From positions 71,114,001 to 71,178,000 of the forward strand of contig NC_134468.1 in NCBI RefSeq assembly GCF_964194025.1: a stretch of 64,000 nt of DNA, read 5' to 3'. Under the pieces are notes generated by a model, which searched no databases, had not been told where the DNA came from, and saw only the letters and a list, made by a program, of their open reading frames with translations. Source of the DNA: Convolutriloba macropyga (taxonomy: Eukaryota). Made by a program: the position numbers and the translations under genes. This document shows, one piece after another, positions 1 through 9,854 of the stretch (the first letter of the stretch is position 1; every line of letters starts with the position of its first letter).

Positions 1-183
1 TGCTGTACTGCACGATTCTGCCGAATGGTCCAGGATACTGTTAGATGTTACCAAATTTTCCCAGCTCATGTTTCATGGTTTAACTGGGTTAATCTTTTTT
101 GTTCTTATTAAACTTTTCCATCCTCAATTTTTCAAAAGACTAGACTGCTAATCATTTTTTGATATTGTAATCTAGAAAAAAGA

Positions 184-650
184 ATGTCTCTCGTTGTATT
201 TGATGTTGAGTGCTTGGAGGGGAAAATTGTTAAGGAGTTGGGTGTTTTCAAGGACGGAATTGTTTTGGGATTCAATTTCCTGCCACCCAAAGACTACCAA
301 CCTACTTTTCAAGCAAGGTGGAACACTAAAAATTTACATGGGATCAATTGGAGCAGTGGAAAACTGGAAAATATTGAGTTGTCATCAATCATTCACCATT
401 ATTGTTCACCTACAACAGAATACTTTGCGAAAGGTTTGGAGAAATGTAATCTCCTCTGAAATTACTTTTGTAAAGATGTGGAGAATCTAGATGATCTTGG
501 TTGTCCAAAAGTTTCCAAACTTCTCAACAATTTGGATACTGACTGGGATTGCAGCAACTATCCGTATCGACAGGAAAAATTTTTCACTGTGCAGAGAAGA
601 ACGCTTATGCTTTCGGAATTGGGACTCTTGATCATTTTGATAACGTATAA
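184..650 (+). pseudogene. Disrupted copy of the DEDD-like nuclease gene (left arm)
   Basis: Same sequence as 4301..4768, but with TCA>TGA at 457-459 and a 1-nt deletion near 575-585. It appears in the ORF track as 184..459 and 478..666. Confidence 0.9.
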
Positions 651-1249
651 TATTTTTAAATTCTAATTGTATTTGTGTTCGTTTTGTAATTAGTTTTTTT
701 TATTTTACTACTTTTTAAACCAGAGAAAGGTCGCATTGGAATATGTTTAGCTCGCTGCATATTATATGATGGCATAATAATGCTAGAAATTGACTAGTTT
801 TCAAAATAATAATAGAGATTTCTTTTGAAATTGGGAACCAAGAAATTTCAGTTTAAAAGGTCACAGTTAAATGAAATATTAAAAATTAATTTAAAAAACA
901 TTCGAAAGTTTCAAAAACTGGAGATTTGAAAAGGAGAAATATTTAAAAAACACAATTTTTATTGAGAACCTCATGTCAAAAACGATATTTTGAATCAACA
1001 TGTATTTAAAAAAAACCACTATAAAAAAATTTAATTGAACAAAAGTAGCTTAAAAACATCAAAAACTAACAAACCGAAAAAAAATCAATATACACGTTTT
1101 TTGTTTAAAACTTCATGTAATAAAAAACTGTACGTTTTTCTATGTTAAACAATGCAAGATAGTGCCTTAAAAATTTGTTTTAAACACAAAACAATAAAAA
1201 AAAATTAAAATGATAATGTATAAAGATTACGTATAGCCCATTTTACCTC

Positions 1250-1720
1250 AAATCCCAAAGACGTTCCTCACAGCATAATACCCAAGCTGTTCACGCGAGG
1301 GGGTTTAGCAAGATAATCCCTAAATATTAAATTAGTAAGGTCATTTACCCATTCCCATATTGCGCTTTAATAAGGTAAATTTCCAAAGACGTACCTGACA
1401 GCATGACACCCAAGCAGTTCACATAAAGGGGATCAGCAAGATAGTGCCGTAGCAACGAATCAGTAAGGTCGTTTACCCCTTACCATATTACACTTTAATG
1501 ATGTAAGTTTCCGAAGTCGTACCTCACGGCATGACACGCAAGCTGTTGACACGAGGGGGATTAGCAAGATAATCCCTTAATATTAAATTGGTAAGGTCAT
1601 TTACCCATTCCCATATTGCAGTTTACTAATGTAAATTTCCAAAGACGTGCCTCAGAGCATGACACCCAGGCTGTTCAAACGAAGGGGATTAGCAAGATAG
1701 TGCCTTAACAACAAATTTGT
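1250..1720 (-). repeat. 128-bp tandem repeat, ~4 units (left-arm mirror of 3230-3690)
   Basis: Reverse complement of the unit CTAATCCCCTTCGTGTGAACAGCTTGGGTGTCATGCTGTGAGG..., repeated four times. Confidence 0.9.
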
Positions 1721-1934
1721 TAGAATGAGTCATATGTTCACCAGAAGGAACTAGGGGTATTAGTAGGTATTAAAGAAACAGCGGGTATCCAACTGTTGGG
1801 ACATAAGCTAATTACTCAATATCATGGGTCTTTTATGAATTGGGTATATATTGAATTAGATATTTTATAGTAAAATTGTGAATTGGGTATATATTGAATT
1901 GGGTATTTTTATGTAAAATTTTGAATTTAATTAT

Positions 1935-3000
1935 TTTGTTTGAAAATGTTTTACTAAAATAGTTTTTAATCAAAGATTTCGTTTTCTACATAAGGTTTTT
2001 ATCGAAAAATGTAAATTTTAATGTTTTTTATTTTTCTATTTTTCCATTTTTCAGTTTTTGAAGTTTTTCCAATGTAAAATTTTCATTTTTATTGTTTTTT
2101 ATTAAAAAATATTGTTTTACTAAAATAATTTTTTTTTCAAAAATGTCGTTTTTTACATAAGAGTTAACAAAAAATGTAAATTTTGTTGTTTTTTGTTTTT
2201 CTATTTTTACATTTTTCAGTTTTTGAAGTTTTTCAATGCAAAATTTTTAAATTAATTTTTTTCATTAAAAAGTGTCGTTTTACTAAAATAATTTTTTTTC
2301 AAAAATGTCGTTTTTCATATAAGTTTTTTAACAAAAAATGTAAATTTTGTTGTTTTTTATTTTTCTATTTTTACATTTTTCAGTTTTTGAAGTTTTTTAA
2401 TTGAAAATTTTCAACATAATTATTTTTTTATTAAAAAATGTCGTTTTACTAAAATATTTTTTTTTCAAAAATGTCGTTTTTTACATAAGGTTTTTAACAA
2501 AAAATGTAAACTTTGCTGTTGCTTATTTTTCTATTTTTACAATTTTCACTATTTGGAGTTTTTTTTTCATGTAAAATTTTCAATTTAATTATTTTTTTCA
2601 TTAAAAAATTTTGTTTTACTAAAAAATTTTTCTTTCAAAAATGTCGTTTTTTACATAAGTTTTTTGACAAAAATTGTAAATTTTGTTGTTTTTTATTTTT
2701 CTATTTTTCCATTTTTCAAATTTTGAAGTTTTTCATTTACAATGAAAAAACTTCAAAAGCTGAAAAATGGAAAAATAGAAAAATAAAAAACAACAAAATA
2801 TACATTTTTGGTTAAAACCTTATGTAAAAAACGACATTTTTGAAAAAAACTATTTTAGTAAAACATCATTTTTTAAAGAAAAAAAAAATGGAAAAATAGA
2901 AAAATAAAAAACACTAAAATTTACATTTTTCGATAAAAACCTTATGTCGAAAACGAAATCTTTGATTAAAAACTATTTTAGTAAAACATTTTCAAACAAA
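1935..3000. repeat. AT-rich ~165-bp tandem repeats flanking the palindrome apex
   Basis: The marker AAAATGTCGTTTTT recurs at about 2141, 2302, 2468 and 2638. There are about 5 T-rich units before the apex and about 1.5 inverted A-rich units after it. Confidence 0.85.
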
Positions 3001-3229
3001 ATAATTAAATTCAAAATTTTACATAAAAATACCCAATTCAATATATACCCAATTCACAATTTTACAATAAAATATCTAATTCAATATATACCCAATTCAA
3101 AAGAGACCCATGATATTGAGTAATTAGCTTATGTCCCAACAGTTGGATAACCGCTGTTTCTTTAATACCTACCAATACCCCTGATTCCTTCTGGTGAACA
3201 TATGACTCATTCTAACAAATTTGTTGTTA

Positions 3230-3690
3230 AGGCACTATCTTGCTAATCCCCTTCGTTTGAACAGCTTGGGTGTCATGCTTTGAGGCACGTCTTTGGAAAT
3301 TTACATTAATAAACTGCAATATGGGAATGGGTAAATGACCTTACTAATTTAATATTAAGGGATTATCTTGCTAATCCCCCTCGTGTGAACGGCTTGCGTG
3401 TTATGCCGTGAGGTAAGACTTCGAAAACTTACATTATCAAAGTGTAATATGGTAAGGGGTAAACGACCTTACTGATTCGTTCTTAAGGCACTATCTTGCT
3501 TATCCCCTTTATGTGAACTGCTTGGGTGTCATGCTGTGAGGTACGTCTTTGGAAATTTACCTTATTAAAGCGCAATATGGGAATGGGTAAATGACCTTAC
3601 TAATTTAATATTTAGGGATTATCTTGCTAAACCCCCTCGCGTGAACAGCTTGGGTATCATGCTGTGAGGAACGTCTTTGGGATTTGAGGT
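3230..3690 (+). repeat. 128-bp tandem repeat, ~4 units, alternating variants
   Basis: The CTAATCCCC-like marker lies at 3243, 3371, 3499 and 3627, an exact 128-bp period. Confidence 0.92.
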
Positions 3691-4300
3691 AAAATGGGCT
3701 ATACGTAATCTTTATACATTATCATTTTAATATTTTTTTTTATTGTTTTGTGTTTAAAACAAATTTTTTAAGGCACTATCTTGCATTGTTTAACATAAAA
3801 AACAATGAAAAACGTACAGTTTTTTTTACATGAAGTTTTAAACACAAAACGTGTATATTGATTTCTTTTTTTTTCGGTTTGTTAGTTTTTGATGTTTTTA
3901 AACTACTTTTGTTCATTTAAATTTTTTTATAGTGAATTTTTTTAAATACACGTTGATTCAAAATATCGTTTTTGACATAAGGTTTTCAACAAAAATTGTG
4001 TTTTTTAAATTTTTCTCCTTTTCAAATCTCCAGTTTTTGAAGTTTTCGAATGTTTTTTAATTTAATTTTTAATATTTCATTTTACTGTGACCTTTTAAAC
4101 TGAAATTTCTTGGTTCCCAATTTCAAAAGAAATATCTATTATTATTTTGAAAACTAGTCAATTTCTAGCATTATTATGCCATCATATAATATGCAGCGAG
4201 CTAACCATATTCCAATGCGACCTTTCTCTGATTTAAAAAGTAGTAAAATAAAAACAATTAATTACAAAACGAACACAAATACAATTAGAATTTACAAATA

Positions 4301-4768
4301 TTATACGTTATCAAAATGATCAAGAGTCCAAATTCCGAAATCATAAGCTTTCTTCTCTGCACAGTGAAAAGTTTTTTCGTGTCGATACGGATAGTTGCTG
4401 CAATCCCAGTCAGTATCCAAATTGTTGAGAAGTTTGGAAACTTTTGGACAACCAAGATCATCTAGATTCTCCACATCTTTACACAAGTGATTTGAGAGGA
4501 GATTACATTTCTCCAAACCTTTCGCAAAGTATTCTGTTGTAGGTGAACAATAATGGTGAATGATTGATGACAACTCAATATTTTCCAGTTTTCCACTGCT
4601 CCAATTGATCCCATGTAAATTTTTAGTGTTCCACCTTGCTTGAAAAGTAGGTTGGTAGTCTTTGGGTGGCAAGAAATTGAATCCCAAAACAATTCCGTCC
4701 CTGAAAACACCCAACTCCTTAACAATTTTCCCCTCCAAGCACTCAACATCAAGTACAACGAGAGACAT
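4301..4768 (-). CDS. 155-aa DEDD/DnaQ-fold nuclease-like protein of Polinton-type elements
   Basis: Intact ATG-to-stop ORF. It has an N-terminal hydrophobic strand plus D-x-E (VVLDVE), KELGV, LPP, HGINW, AKGLEK, NLDDLGCP and a C-terminal C..H..HCA cluster. This pattern matches ExoI-like DEDD proteins; the fold is inferred from motifs only. Confidence 0.7.
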   Translation of the reverse strand: MSLVVLDVECLEGKIVKELGVFRDGIVLGFNFLPPKDYQPTFQARWNTKNLHGINWSSGKLENIELSSIIHHYCSPTTEYFAKGLEKCNLLSNHLCKDVENLDDLGCPKVSKLLNNLDTDWDCSNYPYRHEKTFHCAEKKAYDFGIWTLDHFDNV

Positions 4769-4800
4769 TCCTTTTTCTAGATTACAATATCAAAAAGTGA

Positions 4801-5130
4801 TTAGCAGTCTAGTCTTTTGAAAAATTGAGGATGGAAAAGTTTAATAAGAACAAAAAAGATTAACCCAGTTAAACCATGAAACATGAGCTGGGAAAATTTG
4901 GTAACATCTAACAGTATCCTGGATAATTCGGCAGAATCGTGCAGTACAGCAAGTAATCGAAAAACTTTCAATCTAGTAAAGAAAAAGTCAAGAAAGGAAC
5001 TTGCTTAACCAATAAGTCCTCCAAGAGGAAATTTTTGGTCATTTTAATCGGAATTTGTATTTTTGTCCCATATTTTACAGGCTGATAAAAAAGAGTTTTT
5101 GCGTTTTTCATTTTCGGGAAACCATGAAAG
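4801..5130 (-). pseudogene. Decayed phospholipase A2-like gene (viral/Polinton-type HD motif)
   Basis: One minus-strand frame reads FPLGGLIG*ASSFLDFFFTRLKVFRLLAVLHDSA (TAA at 5005-5007, HD at 4936-4941). This resembles the parvoviral-type YxGPG...HD spacing. The 3' part is mirrored at 1-151. Confidence 0.4.
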
Positions 5131-6379
5131 TATGTTTCCGTAACAATTGAATATGTTGACAAGAATGAAACTACCAAAAGATATGACTGGAACTACCACT
5201 TTTGGTAGTTACTTTTGGTGAGTTGAGCAAAAGATGAGATCTGGAAGCAGAAAATAAGAAAACCTGGATGAATAAGGGTAACTGAACAATGTAAGGGTAA
5301 AAAAACAAATGACTGAAATATCTTGAAAATTAACCTCGATATATCGAGCCAATGAAACTTAATTAAAACACAGAAGATTTGGGAACAAAAAACCTCGTAG
5401 CCAATAAGATCCTATAAAACATTTTGTTAAGTCAATGAAAGTTGTGTAGAAAATGATTTAGTGTTTATGTCATTTCTGTTTTTAGTATGGTCACGTGATG
5501 TTAGTAATGAGTTTTTCATTAGTCAAGTGAGGGAGAGTATAGCGAGGCATACCAGCAAGCTAGATTGTACTAAGGTTGGTTCCGACAGACTTTAGTGAAG
5601 TGTTTTTAACAGCCGACGCTTTCTGTACCTCTTCCATTGGATCTTGCTCAGTATCCGTAGAAAAACACGACAAGGGAGCTGTTTTGTCAAATTTTTTAAT
5701 GCCAAACTTGGGGTCAATTGCGTTTTCTTCTTCTCTATTTGCAATAAAATTCTCTGTCAGTGACACATTTTCCACTCGTCACAATCCTTATCAGGTTTCT
5801 GCAAATTTTCGAAGTCGTCAGACAAACACCAGAGGAATTTAAGTTCTCTCTCCTGCTCAGAAAATCCGAGTAAATTTTTATACATTGGTCTATAAGCAAA
5901 CTCATAGTCACAAAAACGGACGAATCTGCTTAGTTCCATGTTGTCTGAGACTTGTAAAGTTTTGTTTTCGATGTGGGTCGCATGAGTTCAATGACCCATA
6001 CAATACCTAGGTATCTGTAATTCGGTAATTGTGGTAATCATACGTCTTAGTTGACCTACATTTTGTTGAGCGGCTCCCTTGCAAGGATGAAATCACCTAA
6101 TTGTCCGTATTTGCGAAGACAGTATGACGTGATTTTTTTGGTATTAGGACTTAATTGATACATTTACGACTAAATTCTAACGATAGTGAAAAATTCCTGA
6201 TAAATTTGTGCTCATAAAACCTCTATCGATCACCTGAGAAGATTCGTTCTTACAAAGAAGATGTCAAAAATGATGTTTGTAAGATCACTAAATAATTGGA
6301 TTGACAGAATGAATTTAAATAAATACAGATGATGGCAAGTTGTATAATTTTTGATATATTTTGGATAAATATTTGATAA

Positions 6380-7310
6380 AATTTTGTTATATTGCTTATA
6401 ATTTAGGTGTTTTTCGACAATACTAAAGAAAATTGGGTAAAATTTGAGTATTTTTGACAAGATTCAGCTACTTTTGGTAAATATAAGTGGCAGGAATTGG
6501 ACAGTTTTTAATAGAATTTTTTCGGTTTTGATAGGAATTAGGTTTTTTTTTGGCAAAAATGTAGTTTTTTTTGGTAAGAAATGGCTATTTTCAACCTGTA
6601 TTGGTTAATTTCTTTTAAGGTTTTGGAAAGTGTTTGTCAGAATTGGGCATTTTTTTCAAGAATTGGGGATTTTTTTTATCAAGAATTGGGTATTTTGGCA
6701 AGAATTGGGCATTTTTAAGCAAGATTTTGATATTTTTTGGCAATAATTGGATAATTTTTCGTAATAATTGGCTTTTTTGGCAGCATTTGGGTACTTTTTA
6801 GCAAGTTTTGTGTAGTTTTTAGACAGAATTGTGTATTTTTTTAGCATCAATTGGGTAATATTTTTGCATTTTTTGGGTATTTTTTAGATAAAATTGGGTA
6901 TTTTTGGCATGATTTGTGTGTTTTTCTCAAGAATTCGATATTTTTAGCAAGAATTGGGTATTTTTGGCAGAAATTGTGTGTTTTTAGGCAAGAATTGTGA
7001 ATTTTTCGGCAATAATTGTATAATTTTCGATAGCATTTGTCTAATTTTTGGTACTTTTTAGCAAGTTTTGGGTATTTTTTAGACAGAATTCAGTATTTTT
7101 TGGCATGACATTGGTGTTTTTCAAGAGTTGGGTATTTTTTTAGCAAGAATTGGATATTTTTGGCAAGAATTGTGTATTTTTAAGCAAGAATTTGGTATTT
7201 TTTGGTAATAATTGGATAATTTTTGGTAACAGTTGTCTATTTTTGGCAAGAATTCGGTACTTTTTAGCAAGTTTTGGGTAATTTTTAGACAGAATTGGGT
7301 ATTTTTTTAT
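6380..7310 (+). repeat. Degenerate ~20-21-bp minisatellite (GGCAAGAATTGGGTATTTTT-like)
   Basis: Dozens of imperfect copies of AGAATTGGGTATTTTT in tandem. Confidence 0.9.
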
Positions 7311-7319
7311 CTACGCGGG

Positions 7320-8150
7320 ATAATATTATTAAGGAATTATCTTACTAATCTACTTCGTGTCAACGGCTTGGGTATCATGCTGTGAGGTACATTTTTGAAA
7401 ATCAAGTAAGCCGTACGTAACTGTAAATGAGTCACCCTATCTAATTTAATAATAAAACATTACCTAGCTTATCCCCTTTGTGTGAACAGCTTGGATATCA
7501 TACTGTGAGGTGCGTCTTTGGAAATTGACATTAGTGAAGTGTAATATGGGAATGGGTAATTGACCTTCTTATTTTGTTATTAAGGGATTATCTTGCTAAT
7601 CCCCTTCGTGGGAACAGCTTGGGTATCATGTTGTGAGGTACGTCTTTGGAAATTGACATTAGTAAAGTGTAATATGGTAGGGGGTAAATGACCTTACTGA
7701 TTTGTTGTTAAGGCACTATTTTGCTAATCCCCTTCGTGTGAACAGCTTGGGTGTCATGCTGTGAGGTACGTCTTTGGAAATTGACATTAGTAAAGTGTAA
7801 TATGGTAGGGGGTAAATGACCTTACTGATTTGTTGTTAAGGCACTATTTTGCTAATCCCCTTCGTGTGAACAGCTTGGGTGTCATGCTGTGAGGTACACT
7901 TTTGAAAATTTACATTATTAAAGTGCAATATGGTAGGGGGTCAATGACCTTACTGATTCGATGTTAAGGCACTATTTTGCTAATCCCCTTCGTGTGAGCA
8001 GCTTGGGTGTCATGCTGTGAGGTACATTTTTGAAAAGTCGTACGTAACTGTAAATGAGTCATCCTAAATTATTATTGAAGGATTATCTTGCTAATCCCCT
8101 TCGTGTGAACAGCTTGGGTATCATGCTGTGAGGAGGTACATCTTTGGAAA
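7320..8150 (+). repeat. Subterminal 128-bp tandem repeat array (~6-7 units)
   Basis: The CTAATCCCC marker lies at 7596, 7724, 7852 and 7980 (128-bp period), with partial units at both ends. It is the same family and orientation as 3230-3690. Confidence 0.92.
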
Positions 8151-8785
8151 TTGGAGGGTAGGAGGCTATACCTAATGTTAATACATAGGTACTTCCTTTT
8201 ACCCCCCCCCCCCCCCCCAGCTTTGCTTAATTATTACTACTCACTTATATCTATTTAATAATAAGTCACGGTCAGTTTAGTATTACGAAAATTATACAGA
8301 TCATTTATTTCTCTGGCTTGTTCCTCTTATAAATTCATGCTGATTGTCACATAGGCGTCCACATCCCACTTTTATCATTCGTCACCACTTACTTTGTGTG
8401 TGCATTGGAGCAACTTGTGACCACTAACATATTATTCAATATCTTGTCATGTGATCACAAAATCTACAAAATGTCTAAATTAAACAAAACTTCTTTGTGT
8501 CAAGCACGCGCTGAAATTCAGTGCTCAAGACGTGAAAAATTAGCAATTATAATTATTGAAAGCGCCAGCTAGTCAAATATTAAGCGCATTTATCATCTGT
8601 CAAAAGAGCTCAATAGAATGACAAGATGTTTGACAAGAGGTCAAATTATCCAGTATAATAATTTTTGATCTTTTCAGCTCTAGAAATCTGATCACAGGGT
8701 TAATGAGCGGGTCGAAACAGATTATTTATGCTAATACTAATATGTAATTTATGCATACTTATTTATACTAGGGGGAGCTACTAAC

Positions 8786-9129
8786 CGAAACATGCTGAAG
8801 GGGTGGATGATGAGGAAGGAATGCTGTTCACATCTCTCTCGCTCCTTCACCACTGCCTTCTCAGTTCCGAAGATGCGGACTGAGAACTTGTTGACAGAGG
8901 GGTGGATGATGGTACTGACTACAGAGGCTACTTTTCCAATCATTGCATCTTTCAATCCACAATCGGACGCCACTATTGCTACTACTGCTGACGTCACACA
9001 CGAGGATAACACTACGCCTAAGTTGCCAGAAGGTGAAGATGAGGTGGAATAGGAGGATGCCAAGTTGAATTTAGTTCTGATTCTAGTGGAAGCACAGTTG
9101 ACACTTTGCAACACCTTCCTCCACTTCAT
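8786..9129 (-). CDS. HCN: HCN (hyperpolarization-activated cyclic nucleotide-gated) channel, N-terminal coding exon; remaining exons lie left of the window
   Basis: NKFSVRIFGTEKAVVKERERCEQHSFLIIHPFSMFR matches the HCN pre-S1 signature (NKFSLRMFGSQKAVE.EQERV....WIIHPYSDFR). A donor site CG|GTTAGT follows inside the Arg codon (GT at 8785-8784), where vertebrate HCN exon 1 ends. ATG is at 9129 with an in-frame TGA upstream at 9165-9163; the start codon is tentative. Confidence 0.85.
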
Positions 9130-9299
9130 CAAAGAAGACCATTCACGTAGCTGGTAACTTCTTCACGCGTCACAGTCACCACGCAACGTCAAATCTAATT
9201 CACATCACAGATCAGTTACAATTTCTCTCAATTCCTGTCAAAAATATTGCTCTCAAACACCAATTGATGTCATCTTTCAATGGACTGATGATGATTAAC

Positions 9300-9615
9300 T
9301 ATTACCACACGGTTGTTTTCGCCATCAAAAAGTTATCAAATTACGTGGCGAAGCCGAGTTGTTGATTAATTTCGAAGGGCGATAACAACCGTGTAGCAAC
9401 CAACTCTCGTTGATATCACAACCGTTGCATAACTGTGCATAATTAGCCTAGTCTCGCCACTCTTCATAGCGCAACAATTGCGACTCACGAATGCTGGGAA
9501 AAGATATTTTAATCATAAACCAGAGTTTCTACACTGTTTCAAATTTCTGTAGTATTAATCGAGCGCAAACAAGTTATTGCATCGATAAGTTATGCATCAG
9601 TTGTTATCGCCATTG
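9300..9615. repeat. Small nested inverted-repeat element (MITE-like)
   Basis: ACACGGTTGTTTTCGCC (~9307-9323) pairs with GGCGATAACAACCGTGT (~9378-9394). A second imperfect pair lies at ~9412-9434 and ~9587-9608. Confidence 0.45.
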
Positions 9616-9854
9616 GAGTAATTAAAAAAATGCTAGTGCACAGAACAACCAATAGAGTAATGAAAAGGAAGATCGATACGGAACATCGTTTTTCAAATCA
9701 ACGACTTTCAGTTAAAAAAAATTACATCGGTCACCTTCTAGCAAGTCAACAAATAGTGTTTCAGAATAAAACGAGAAAGAAGAAACAAGAAGTTTCGGCA
9801 ACGTGCATTTGCATTTAATGCTCCAACCCCGCTCTTGACCATTCTTGGATAATT

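Larger units (their letters stand above)
1..4951. repeat. Giant inverted repeat (palindrome), apex at 2738-2740
   Basis: Position 1 onward (TGCTGTACTGCACGATTCTGCCGAAT) is the reverse complement of the sequence ending at 4951. The arms align continuously through the ORF copies, the 128-bp arrays and the AT-rich repeats. The apex reads GAAGTTTTTCATT-TAC-AATGAAAAAACTTC. Confidence 0.97.
1..8241. mobile_element. Polinton/Maverick-like non-autonomous element, right part (left end outside window)
   Basis: Ends in a C17 tract (8202-8218) followed by AGCTTTGCTTAATTATTACTACT (ACTACT = 8236-8241), i.e. 5'-AGTAGT on the minus strand, a terminus typical of Polintons. It has subterminal tandem repeats and carries small DEDD-like and PLA2-like genes of the kind found in Polinton-like elements. 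No pPolB, integrase or capsid ORF is visible in the window. Confidence 0.7.

Noticed and set aside
2183-2815. Phe/Lys-rich ORFs 2183..2404 and 2513..2815
   Set aside because: They are translations of AT-rich tandem repeats with non-ATG starts.
1-4951. Palindrome as a sequencing or assembly fold-back artefact
   Set aside because: The arms differ by many substitutions and indels and in repeat copy number. An artefact is disfavoured, though read-level confirmation is still advisable.
7320-8150. 128-bp arrays as a CRISPR-like repeat-spacer array beside a nuclease
   Set aside because: The units are similar along their whole length, with no unique spacers and no cas genes, and the context is eukaryotic.
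8792-9052. Plus-strand 86-aa ORF
   Set aside because: It is the antisense shadow of the HCN exon.
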